DNA of 64,000 nt from positions 111,876-175,875 of the forward strand of contig JAFUNF010000011.1 in assembly GCA_017473085.1 (NCBI GenBank), in the 5' to 3' direction. Under the pieces are notes generated by a model. The model was not told the DNA's origin. It saw nothing but the letters and a program-made list of their open reading frames with translations, and made no database searches. Each line of letters opens with the position of its first letter. Position 1 is the first letter of the stretch. This DNA is from Clostridia bacterium (GTDB lineage Bacteria; Bacillota; Clostridia; Oscillospirales; CAG-272). Below are positions 28,265-37,423 of the stretch, piece by piece. Position numbers and translations under genes: made by a program.

Positions 28265-28462
28265 ATGATAGAGCTTGATTTTATTAGTGAAATAGTAAAA
28301 TGTACAACTTCTCAAGAGGTGTATCAAATTTTACTTAAAAATGGCTTTGAAACCACAAAAAAAGAAGCAGCTGTTCTTTTTTTTAATATACACCAAGAAG
28401 GAGATTTGGCCAAGGAAGAGTTATCTAACGTAGGACAAGGTCAAAGATTTCCTAGAGATTAG
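28265..28462 (+). CDS. Small ORF resembling a Nif11-type leader peptide with almost no core
   Basis: TTSQEVYQILLKNGFETTKKEA ... LAKEELSNVGQG-QRFPRD resembles Nif11-like leaders, which end ..ELSDEELE.VAGG. RBS is weak. Starts 7 nt after the rSAM2 stop. Confidence 0.4.
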   Translation: MIELDFISEIVKCTTSQEVYQILLKNGFETTKKEAAVLFFNIHQEGDLAKEELSNVGQGQRFPRD

Positions 28463-28519
28463 AAGAATAAACAGCAATTTAAATTTAAAAATTGTTAAAT
28501 GTGCTAAATCCAAAACGGA

Positions 28520-29257
28520 ATGAAGAATGAAACTATGATAGAACTTATAAATGTAACAAAAAAATTTGGAAAAAATGAAGTAATTCATAATGTCAGTTTT
28601 AAAATTCCTAAAGGTAGAATAGTGGCATTGATAGGTGCCAATGGATCGGGAAAAACAACATTAATGAGAATGATATCTACCATTATTGAACCTACATCCG
28701 GAGAGATTTTTGTTGATGGAATAAATGTTAAAAAATCATCAAATGAGTGTAAAAAAAGAATCGGATTAATTTTAGGCGGAGATGCAACATTATTTAAAAA
28801 TTTCACAGCACGAGAAAATATTTACTATTTTGCTCGTTTGCAGGGAATGGATGATAATTCAGCAAAAGAATGCATTAATAAAATATCTAATTTGTTAAAT
28901 ATGAATGATTATATTGACAAAAGAGTTGATATCTTTTCAAGAGGTATGCGTCAAAAGGTTGTTCTTGCTTCTGCGTTAATACATGATCCATCAATTTTAT
29001 TAATGGATGAGCCTTCTACTGGTTTAGATGTTTTTGCTATTATTGATGTTCAAAATATTATCAAATCCTGTCAAAATTTAAACAAAACAGTTTTGATTTC
29101 TAGTCATAATTTTAACGAAATAGAAAAATTGTGCGATTACATTATCATAATTGAGGCAGGAAGAATAATATTTGCAAACGAAGCAAGTGCACTAAAGAGT
29201 CTTACCTCAAGTTACTCAGTGGAAGAAGCTTTTAAAAAAATAAGTGGTTTGAAGTAG
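28520..29257 (+). CDS. ABC transporter ATP-binding protein (ABC-2 type)
   Basis: Walker A GANGSGKTT, signature FSRGMRQK, Walker B ILLMDEPSTGLD. Confidence 0.9.
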   Translation: MKNETMIELINVTKKFGKNEVIHNVSFKIPKGRIVALIGANGSGKTTLMRMISTIIEPTSGEIFVDGINVKKSSNECKKRIGLILGGDATLFKNFTARENIYYFARLQGMDDNSAKECINKISNLLNMNDYIDKRVDIFSRGMRQKVVLASALIHDPSILLMDEPSTGLDVFAIIDVQNIIKSCQNLNKTVLISSHNFNEIEKLCDYIIIIEAGRIIFANEASALKSLTSSYSVEEAFKKISGLK

Positions 29258-29266
29258 GAGCAGGGT

Positions 29267-30403
29267 ATGACGTTAGAGATAATAAAAAAAGAATTTCTGA
29301 AAATTATTCGTGATAAGCGTAGCCTTTTGTCAATATTTTTGCCACTTGTTATTTTTCCACTTATCTTTTCTTTTGTAGGCTTGCAAGCAGAGCAATCACA
29401 GGAAACCTTAAATGAAAATGTTTTGATTTTCAGTAATGTTGATGAGGAATTTTTAAAGGATTTTTTACCTAATTTGAATTTCAGTTTAGTTGACTGTGAT
29501 AATCCTGAAAAATATCTGGTAGAGGAAAAAATATACGCAATCGTTAATTTTGAAAATTTAGATATTACTCAAATGCCAATATCGGTTAACGTAGTATACA
29601 ATGCAAATTCTAATCTATCCATAGAAACTTATTCTAAAATAATGATTGAATTAGATACAGTTAACGGAATAATAATCAATCAAAATTTGATTGATGCAGG
29701 AGTAAATCCTGATGTATTAAATGGTATTTCGATAAATTCGAAAACTATTGAAACTAACACTCTTTTTGTGATGTTAGCCCCTCTTTTAATTGTTTCATTG
29801 TTAGTGTCTGGCGGTGCTAATGTATCTGCTGATATCTTTGCAGGTGAGAAAGAAAGAGGCTTGTTGGAGCGTACTATAGTTACGCAAGTGAACAAAAATA
29901 GTCTACTATATGGAAAAATGGCAGTGGTTTTTACCATGACTATTTTAAGTGCGACTATATCAACGTTAGCTTATGCTCTGTCGATAGCAATTAATCCCAG
30001 CATTTCTAAAATGTTTGGCTCAACGAGTACATCATTAAATTTGGAAGTGACTTCTTATATTCAATTGGTTACAATTATCTTAACCTTTTGCGCTTTTATT
30101 TCATCTGTATTAATAACTATAAGCATACTTTCTAAAAATGCAAAGGAAGCATCTTCTCATATGTCTATACTCACTATGTTGCCAAGTATTATAAGCTTGC
30201 TGGTAACCTTTGCATCCTTCGGTATAAACAAATGGGCATATGTCGTTCCGTTTTATGGTGCTATAGCTGGATTGAAATTAATTTTTTTAAATGCATTTGA
30301 ATGGAGTAATTATTTATTATTGCTCATATCACAGATTGTTCTTTGTGGTTTATTTACATATATAAATCAAAAACTGATAGAGGGGAATAAGTTTTTGCTG
30401 TAA
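29267..30403 (+). CDS. ABC-2 family permease (NatB-like topology)
   Basis: An N-terminal TM helix, a large extracytoplasmic loop, then about five C-terminal TM helices. Adjacent to the ATPase. Confidence 0.7.
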   Translation: MTLEIIKKEFLKIIRDKRSLLSIFLPLVIFPLIFSFVGLQAEQSQETLNENVLIFSNVDEEFLKDFLPNLNFSLVDCDNPEKYLVEEKIYAIVNFENLDITQMPISVNVVYNANSNLSIETYSKIMIELDTVNGIIINQNLIDAGVNPDVLNGISINSKTIETNTLFVMLAPLLIVSLLVSGGANVSADIFAGEKERGLLERTIVTQVNKNSLLYGKMAVVFTMTILSATISTLAYALSIAINPSISKMFGSTSTSLNLEVTSYIQLVTIILTFCAFISSVLITISILSKNAKEASSHMSILTMLPSIISLLVTFASFGINKWAYVVPFYGAIAGLKLIFLNAFEWSNYLLLLISQIVLCGLFTYINQKLIEGNKFLL

Positions 30404-30441
30404 TCATTATCAAAATGAAAATTCGTCATGGAGGTGTCATT

Positions 30442-30507
30442 ATGTGGGGAGTATTTTTTGCTGGAGCAATATTGGCTAGCGTGCTTTGGAATATGCGTCG
30501 TAGATAA
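30442..30507 (+). CDS. Possible 21-aa hydrophobic peptide (MWGVFFAGAILASVLWNMRRR)
   Basis: A ggagg RBS lies 7 nt upstream of ATG 30442, and an in-frame alternative ATG is at 30415. It has a single TM-like stretch and an RRR tail. Too short to score statistically. Confidence 0.3.
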   Translation: MWGVFFAGAILASVLWNMRRR

Positions 30508-30657
30508 AATTTTATTTTTAGAACATAAATATTGAGAAAATATTAAATTTTCTAATGAACTTGAAGTAAATCCAAAAGTAAGACACTTTTGGAGGTACAT
30601 ATTACTTTTAAGGAGTTTTTATAAATTTCGTTCAATTCATTTTGATGTGATTTTCAG

Positions 30658-30714
30658 GACTGTTACTAATGGCTGATTTTGAAGGATATCAGTTGTGAGT
30701 GACAGTCTTTTTTT
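30658..30714 (+). terminator. Probable terminator of the RiPP operon
   Basis: Outer stem GACTGTTAC/GTGACAGTC (9 bp including one G-U pair) encloses inner stem CTGAT/ATCAG and is followed by T7. Confidence 0.55.
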
Positions 30715-30895
30715 AATAAAAGCAATCACATGTTTATATTTAGGCGTCCATATAACATTTTAAAAATTTATAAAAATTTTTGATAGATTTCTCCTGCCCT
30801 TTTGTCGCCCTTTTAAAATTTAGCACCTAACGTCACTTTTTTGTGATGTTAGGTGCGTTTTTTTGCAATTGTATTACTTAAATTGAGAGTTTTAG

Positions 30896-32266
30896 TTATT
30901 TTCCTTTAAATAGCGAAAGTGCATCGTAAACGCCTTGGATTGGGATTGTGGATACTCCCTTGGGGATTTTTGCTTTTGCGTCTAAGGAATTGTGGGGGAT
31001 TGCGATACAATCGAAGCCTAAGCGGTGTGCCTCGTTTAAGCGCTTGCCAAGGTTTGTAATAGACCTACATTCGCCTGCAAGACCGATTTCGCCCATAGCA
31101 ATTACGTTTTGAGGAATTGGAATATCCTTTATAGACGAAATAAGCGCAAGGGCAAGGGCAAGGTCAACAGATGGGTCGTCAACACGCAAGCCACTTACAA
31201 CGTTTATATAAACGTCGTTTTCTGAAAACTTAAGACCGAGCCTTTTTTCAAGAACTGCCAAAATAAGACAAAGTCGATTATAGTCGATACCATTTGAGGT
31301 ACGTCTTGGGGCAGGAAAGGCAGTAGGCGTAACTAATGCCTGTACCTCTGCAATAAGAGGACGAGAGCCCTCCATAATACAAACTGCACAGCTACCTGAA
31401 ACACCAATTGGTCTTCCAGAAAGAAGCATTTCAGAAGGACTTGGCACCTCGCAAAGACCCATATCTGTCATTTCAAAAACACCAATTTCATTAGTTGAGC
31501 CAAAGCGATTTTTAATTGCTCTTATAATTCTATATGAGTGTATTCTTTCGCCCTCAAAATATAGCACAGCATCAACCATATGCTCAAGAATTTTAGGACC
31601 TGCAATAACACCCTCTTTATTTACGTGACCAACAAGGATAATAGAAATACCCTTGCTCTTTGCCTTTGCAATAAGCTTAGTTGCACATTCCTTTACCTGT
31701 GCAATGCTACCAGGAATAGATGCACAAGCAGGGTCAAGCATAGTTTGAATTGAGTCAATTATAATAACCTGTGGAGTAAGCTTATCAGCATACTTTAAAA
31801 CGTTATCAACGTTTGTTTCAGTTAGAAAATATGTATTCTCTCCGTTGATTTGCAGTCTTTGACCACGTAGTTTAAGCTGACCACGAGATTCTTCGCCTGA
31901 TACGTATAAAACCTTAGATGGAAAGTTAGAGCAGATTTGCATAAGCAGAGTAGATTTGCCAATACCTGGCTCGCCAGCTAACAAAACAACGCTACCATTT
32001 ACAACTCCACCACCTAAGACTCTGTCAAGCTCGCCAATGCCTGTATTTTGTCTTATGTACTCAGGCATTTCCATTTCCTTAAAGGGAACAGGCTCCTGTG
32101 AGTCGGACAAAAGAGAAACACGAGGATTTTTAACAACTGCCACAGGCTTTTCCTCGTAGGTTTCCTCAATCATAGTATTCCATTTTTTGCAGGACGGACA
32201 TTGCCCTGTCCATTTTGGACTTTGATAGTCACAGGCAGAGCATACAAAAACCTTCTTTTCCTTCAT
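30896..32266 (-). CDS. radA: DNA repair protein RadA/Sms
   Basis: N-terminal zinc finger CSACDYQSPKWTGQCPSC, Walker A GEPGIGKST, KNRFG motif and a Lon-like C-terminal domain. Confidence 0.95.
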   Translation of the reverse strand: MKEKKVFVCSACDYQSPKWTGQCPSCKKWNTMIEETYEEKPVAVVKNPRVSLLSDSQEPVPFKEMEMPEYIRQNTGIGELDRVLGGGVVNGSVVLLAGEPGIGKSTLLMQICSNFPSKVLYVSGEESRGQLKLRGQRLQINGENTYFLTETNVDNVLKYADKLTPQVIIIDSIQTMLDPACASIPGSIAQVKECATKLIAKAKSKGISIILVGHVNKEGVIAGPKILEHMVDAVLYFEGERIHSYRIIRAIKNRFGSTNEIGVFEMTDMGLCEVPSPSEMLLSGRPIGVSGSCAVCIMEGSRPLIAEVQALVTPTAFPAPRRTSNGIDYNRLCLILAVLEKRLGLKFSENDVYINVVSGLRVDDPSVDLALALALISSIKDIPIPQNVIAMGEIGLAGECRSITNLGKRLNEAHRLGFDCIAIPHNSLDAKAKIPKGVSTIPIQGVYDALSLFKGK

Positions 32267-32369
32267 TTTATAAATCCTTATTTAATAATTCATTTCGTTA
32301 CGTTTATTTTATCATATCAAAAAAGCTCTGTCAACACCCGAATGTACCAAAAGTGGAACATTGAGCTAC

Positions 32370-33107
32370 TTAATCCACGGAAATTAACGATGAAAAAACA
32401 CAAATTGCAAGCCTTCTTTTGTATTCATCACTCTTTAATGCTTCAAGCTCACTCTCATTTGACATAAAACCACACTCAACTAAGATAGCAGGGCACTCTA
32501 AATTGTCTAAAACGAAAATCGAGCTATTTGCCACCTTTGGCTTTCTTTTGTTTTCAGGCTGTAAAAAATCCTTGGTTATTTTACTAATGTCGTTTGCCAA
32601 AAGGGAGCTTTTTTCATTGTGCTTAGAGTAATAAACCTGCAAGCCACTATATTTAGATTCTTGAAACTTATTCATATGAATACCAACGTAAATAGGATTT
32701 TGTTGTGCTTCTGTGATTTTCAACCTGTTTTTTAGGTCGTAAACCTTTTTGTGACCTGTGTAATCCTCTAAGTCATCATAGTAATCATAAAGAAGCGTGT
32801 CGGTATCTCTTGTCAATATGGCATTATTTCCATTAAGCTCGCAAAGTGCGTGAATTAAGGTTGCAATTTCTAAATTCAAGTCCTTTTCAAGCGTTCCGTC
32901 ACTACCAACAGCCCCAGGGTCCTCGCCACCATGCCCTGCATCTATAACTATTGTATATCCGTCAGAATTTGAAAAGGCTGGAGCTGTCTTATCCTTACTA
33001 TTTTCAAGATGGCTTGTAAAGAAAAAGCCCAAGGCAGAGAAGGACAAAGCCAAAACAAAGGCAACCAAAAAGAATTTAATTGAATATAAGGTAGCACCCT
33101 TTTTCAT
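32370..33107 (-). CDS. cwlD: N-acetylmuramoyl-L-alanine amidase (CwlD-like, germination-specific)
   Basis: An N-terminal TM anchor followed by VIDAGHGGEDPGAVG and the amidase_3 pattern. Confidence 0.8.
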   Translation of the reverse strand: MKKGATLYSIKFFLVAFVLALSFSALGFFFTSHLENSKDKTAPAFSNSDGYTIVIDAGHGGEDPGAVGSDGTLEKDLNLEIATLIHALCELNGNNAILTRDTDTLLYDYYDDLEDYTGHKKVYDLKNRLKITEAQQNPIYVGIHMNKFQESKYSGLQVYYSKHNEKSSLLANDISKITKDFLQPENKRKPKVANSSIFVLDNLECPAILVECGFMSNESELEALKSDEYKRRLAICVFSSLISVD

Positions 33108-33179
33108 AATATCACCTCAATTCAATATATGAAATAGGGTATAAAAAATATGCACCCTTGTGGAAGGGTGCATATAGCT

Positions 33180-33959
33180 TTATTTAATTCCAAATAGCCT
33201 TTTTGCGTTTTCAGTAGTGATTTTCTCAATATGCTCAAGAGTAGTGCCACGCAATCTTGCAATTTCCTCGGCAGTTAATTGAATGTAAGTAGAGCGATTA
33301 AGCGTGCCTCTGTGAGGAGTAGGAGCAAGATAGGGTGCATCGGTTTCGATAAGCAGTCTATCCTCAGGCACAACCACGCAGGCTTCCTTTGGCACTCTTG
33401 CGTTTTTAAAGGTTACTGTACCTGAAAAGGAAATGTACCAGCCTAACTTGACAAGCTCCTTTACCATTTCTGCACTTCCGCTGTAGCTATGGAAAACGCC
33501 CTTAACCTCTGGGTATTCCTTGATAACCTCTAAGCAATCTCCGTGGGCATCTCTGTCGTGAATAATTACAGGAATATTAAGCTTTTTTGCAAGGTCCATT
33601 TGCTTTTTGAAGTAAACCATTTGCAAATCTCTTGGCACGTGCTCATAGTGATAATCAAGACCGATTTCTCCCAGTGCAACCGCCTTTTCGTCCTTTAAAA
33701 GCTCCTCTATTACAGAAATAGCCTTGTCAGCATCCTCGTAAAAAACATCGGATGGATGAATACCACAGGAGGCATAGACGTTATCAAATTTATGAGCAAG
33801 CTCCACCGACACCTTAGAGTTTTCAAGATTAGTACCAATATTTATAATGTATCCCACGTTGTCGCTTAAGCAATCCTCAATTAGCTTAAGAGTACCGCCC
33901 TCATATTCCGTATCGAATCTTTTGTCATCACAATGGGCATGTGTATCAAATAGCTTCAT
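33180..33959 (-). CDS. tatD: TatD-family metal-dependent DNase/hydrolase
   Basis: MKLFDTHAHCDD, GEIGLDY and ETDAPYL motifs. Confidence 0.9.
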   Translation of the reverse strand: MKLFDTHAHCDDKRFDTEYEGGTLKLIEDCLSDNVGYIINIGTNLENSKVSVELAHKFDNVYASCGIHPSDVFYEDADKAISVIEELLKDEKAVALGEIGLDYHYEHVPRDLQMVYFKKQMDLAKKLNIPVIIHDRDAHGDCLEVIKEYPEVKGVFHSYSGSAEMVKELVKLGWYISFSGTVTFKNARVPKEACVVVPEDRLLIETDAPYLAPTPHRGTLNRSTYIQLTAEEIARLRGTTLEHIEKITTENAKRLFGIK

Positions 33960-34004
33960 AAAATCTCCATTCTTAAAAATATGGGGCAGAGTGCCCCATA
34001 TTAT

Positions 34005-35954
34005 TTATCTAACTCGTTCTCCGTTAGGAGTGTCCTTATCAAGGAATACAACTCTTACAGTTTCCTCACCTGAGGCAAGAAGCATACCCTGACTTTCAAT
34101 GCCACAAAGCTTGGCAGGTGCAAGGTTAGCAACAACTATTACCTTCTTACCAATCAAAGATTCTGGCTCATAGAATTTAGCAATACCTGAAACAATCTGT
34201 CTTGTTTCGTAGCCAAGATTAACCTTAAGCTTAAGTAGCTTTTTAGCCTTAGGAACTCTTTCACACTCAACGATTTCGGCAGTTCTTAATTCAACTCCCA
34301 TAAAGTCGTCAATGGAAATAATAGCACAGCCCTCTGGCTTTTCTTTAGCCTTTTCCTCTGCCATAGCCTTAGCCTCAAGCTCCCTTGCAACCTCCTCAAG
34401 CATTTTTGCCTCATCTATTCTTGCAAATAGAATCTTGGAGTCGCCAAGAACAATACCACTTTGTAGCTCGCCAAAGTCCTCAATTGAAGCGTAGGTGTCA
34501 AGGGTTGAATTTAGTTGCTTAAAGATTTCGTCACAGGTGGCTGGAATAATGGGTGTCAAAAGCACAGCACTAACTCTTATAACCTCTAAAAGATTGTAGA
34601 GAACAGTGCCAAGTCTACCCTTAAGACCTTCGTCCTTAGCTAAAATCCAGGGAGTAGTTTCATCAATATATTTGTTAGCACGGCTAAGCATAATAAACAC
34701 TTGCTCAATAGCCTCAGAAATATGGTAGTTATCCATAAGCTCAACGAATTTGCTTGTACATTCCTTGCAAACGCTCTTAAGCTCGAAATCTACACCCTCG
34801 TCGCCCTGAGGTGCAGGAATAATGCCATCAAAGTATTTCTTCGTCATAGCAATTGAACGGCTTACAAGATTACCAAGATTGTTAGCAAGGTCGGTATTAA
34901 AGCGATGAATAATTGCCTCGTAGGTTATACTACCATCGTTTGCATAAGGCATTTCGGAAAGAGCAAAGTATCTGACACCGTCAACGCCAAATTTGTTAGC
35001 AAGCTCATCTGCATAAACAACGTTACCCCTAGACTTAGACATTTTGTCCATACCAAAGTTAAACCAAGGATGGGCAAAAATCTTTTTAGGAAGCTCAACA
35101 CCTAATGCCATTAACATAATTGGCCAATAGATTGTATGGAAGCGCACAATGTCCTTGCCAATAACGTGAACGTCACAGGGCCAATACCTTTGGAACAATT
35201 CAGGCTGTACCTCGTTGTCAGGGTCGTAGCCAAGACCTGTAATGTAGTTGGAAAGAGCATCAATCCAAACGTAGGTTACATGCTTAGGGTCAAAGGAAAC
35301 AGGAACACCCCAATTAAACGAGGTTCTTGAAACGCAAAGGTCTTGAAGACCTGGCTTTAGGAAGTTGTTTATCATTTCCTTTTTTCTGGATTCTGGCTGA
35401 ATAAACTCAGGATGGCTTTCTATATGCTCGATAAGTCTGTCGGCATACTTGCTCGTTTTGAAGAAGTAAGCCTCCTCCTTAGTCTTAATAACCTCTCTGC
35501 CACAGTCAGGACACTTGCCGTCAACAAGTTGAGTTTCTGTGAAGAAGGACTCACAGGGGGTACAATACAAGCCCTCATAGTAGCCCTTATAAATATCTCC
35601 CTGGTCGTAAAGCTTTTTAAAAATATGCTCAACTGCAGTTTTGTGATAGGAATCAGTTGTTCTGATAAAGTAATCGTAGGTGGTATTCATTAAATCCCAG
35701 ATACCCTTAATTTCCTGTGCAGTTTTGTCAACAAAGGCTTGAGGAGCAATACCCTGCGCCTCTGCCTTGCTTTGAATTTTTTGACCGTGCTCATCAGTAC
35801 CTGTCATAAAGCGTACGTCAAAGCCTCTTTGTCTTTTGTATCTTGCTAATGCGTCGGTTGCAATAACCTCATAGGTGTTACCAAAGTGAGGCTTGCCTGA
35901 TGCGTAGGCAATAGCAGTAGTTATATAAAATTTTTCTCTTTTTTCGTTAGCCAT
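34005..35954 (-). CDS. metG: Methionine--tRNA ligase
   Basis: HFGN (HIGH variant), a zinc knuckle CPDCG, KMSKS, and a C-terminal tRNA-binding (EMAP-like) domain. Confidence 0.95.
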   Translation of the reverse strand: MANEKREKFYITTAIAYASGKPHFGNTYEVIATDALARYKRQRGFDVRFMTGTDEHGQKIQSKAEAQGIAPQAFVDKTAQEIKGIWDLMNTTYDYFIRTTDSYHKTAVEHIFKKLYDQGDIYKGYYEGLYCTPCESFFTETQLVDGKCPDCGREVIKTKEEAYFFKTSKYADRLIEHIESHPEFIQPESRKKEMINNFLKPGLQDLCVSRTSFNWGVPVSFDPKHVTYVWIDALSNYITGLGYDPDNEVQPELFQRYWPCDVHVIGKDIVRFHTIYWPIMLMALGVELPKKIFAHPWFNFGMDKMSKSRGNVVYADELANKFGVDGVRYFALSEMPYANDGSITYEAIIHRFNTDLANNLGNLVSRSIAMTKKYFDGIIPAPQGDEGVDFELKSVCKECTSKFVELMDNYHISEAIEQVFIMLSRANKYIDETTPWILAKDEGLKGRLGTVLYNLLEVIRVSAVLLTPIIPATCDEIFKQLNSTLDTYASIEDFGELQSGIVLGDSKILFARIDEAKMLEEVARELEAKAMAEEKAKEKPEGCAIISIDDFMGVELRTAEIVECERVPKAKKLLKLKVNLGYETRQIVSGIAKFYEPESLIGKKVIVVANLAPAKLCGIESQGMLLASGEETVRVVFLDKDTPNGERVR

Positions 35955-35964
35955 TTTATTTACC

Positions 35965-37122
35965 TCAATCTATTTTATTTGCACCAACATATACTGACTC
36001 AATGTTAGGGTCATTAATATCGTCAAGAACGATAAAGTCAGCGCGATAATTCTTTTCAAGCTTACCAACAAACTCGGCACCAACCATCTTAGCAGGGTTG
36101 ATAGTAGCATACTTTATTGCACGATTGAAGGGAAGCTTTAAGAATTTAACCATATTCTTAAGTCCTTGGAAAAGTGTAAGAGTACTACCTGCAAGAGTAC
36201 CATTTATGTCGGTTGCAGTGCCGTTTTTAACATAAACGTGAGTGCCAGCAATTTCATATTCGCCATCGGGCCAAGTAGCAGCAGCTAAGGAGTCGGTTAT
36301 TAAAACCATTTTATCTCTTGGCTTGGACTTGTAAATAAGTCTGACAATTGCAGGATGTAAATGCATACCATCACAAATTGCCTCAGCATAAGAGGAATCA
36401 TTCGTAAGGGCACAAACAGTAGCACCTGGCATTCGATGGTGTATAGGAGTCATAGCATTAAACGTATGTGTAAAGGCGGAAGCACCCCATTTTACAGCCT
36501 CAAGAGCCTTTTCGTAGGTTGCGTTTGTATGAGCAACACCAACTGTTGCACCATACTCCTTAGCCTTCTTAATAAATTCCTCAGCACCCTCAAGCTCAGG
36601 AGCAAGAGAGAAGTGCATAGGTGCAGGGAGCATTGATTGTGCAAGGGTGTCAAGCTCCTCAAGAGAGGGAAGTGCCAAATATTCAATATTGTGTGCCCCC
36701 TTCTTGTCGGGATTTAAATATCTACCCTCTAAATGAATACCGATAATATTAGCACCATCACGCTTGTTTTCAAGCCTGTTAGGATTGATTGCAAAAATTG
36801 AATTCATAAGAGAGGGCATAGGTGCAGAGGCAAGAGTTGCCATAACAGATGTAGTGCCATGCTTAGCATATGCCTTACACATTTCTGCAACCTTTTTTTC
36901 ATCGGCAAAGTTGAAGTCACCACCAGCAATTCCGTGAGTATGAACATCAACAAGACCTGGGATAATATGCTTGCCCTTTAAATCGACAGTTATGTAGTCA
37001 GATGGCACACTTGAGTTGGAGATTTCAACAATGTATCCGTCCTCGCATAAAACATTAGACGCAACAAAGACTTCTTCATCGGTATTGAAAACTCTTCCAT
37101 TAATAAAAGCAATTTTATTCAT
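35965..37122 (-). CDS. nagA: N-acetylglucosamine-6-phosphate deacetylase
   Basis: Amidohydrolase pattern PGLVDVHTHG, GIHLEGRYLNP and HTFNAM. Confidence 0.85.
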   Translation of the reverse strand: MNKIAFINGRVFNTDEEVFVASNVLCEDGYIVEISNSSVPSDYITVDLKGKHIIPGLVDVHTHGIAGGDFNFADEKKVAEMCKAYAKHGTTSVMATLASAPMPSLMNSIFAINPNRLENKRDGANIIGIHLEGRYLNPDKKGAHNIEYLALPSLEELDTLAQSMLPAPMHFSLAPELEGAEEFIKKAKEYGATVGVAHTNATYEKALEAVKWGASAFTHTFNAMTPIHHRMPGATVCALTNDSSYAEAICDGMHLHPAIVRLIYKSKPRDKMVLITDSLAAATWPDGEYEIAGTHVYVKNGTATDINGTLAGSTLTLFQGLKNMVKFLKLPFNRAIKYATINPAKMVGAEFVGKLEKNYRADFIVLDDINDPNIESVYVGANKID

Positions 37123-37423
37123 ATTAAAGCTCCCTTCATAAATTCACTTTCTATATATTATAACAAATATTTACAGATATATCAAGAGAAAAAACGCAAA
37201 ATATGAAAAAATACCCAATTCGACAAAAAGTATTATAAATCCACTTCCTTACTCTGTTTTGCTCTTTTTAGGACAAGCCTCGACAAAATGCCCAGATTTA
37301 AAGCCGATATGCCAAAAATACCCATACCTGTGTCGAATTTTGCGAAAAAGAAAGCCAAGCGACAAATAGTGCCACTTGGCTTTTCGACAAATTATTCATT
37401 GGAATAAAATAGAGAAGGGTAGG

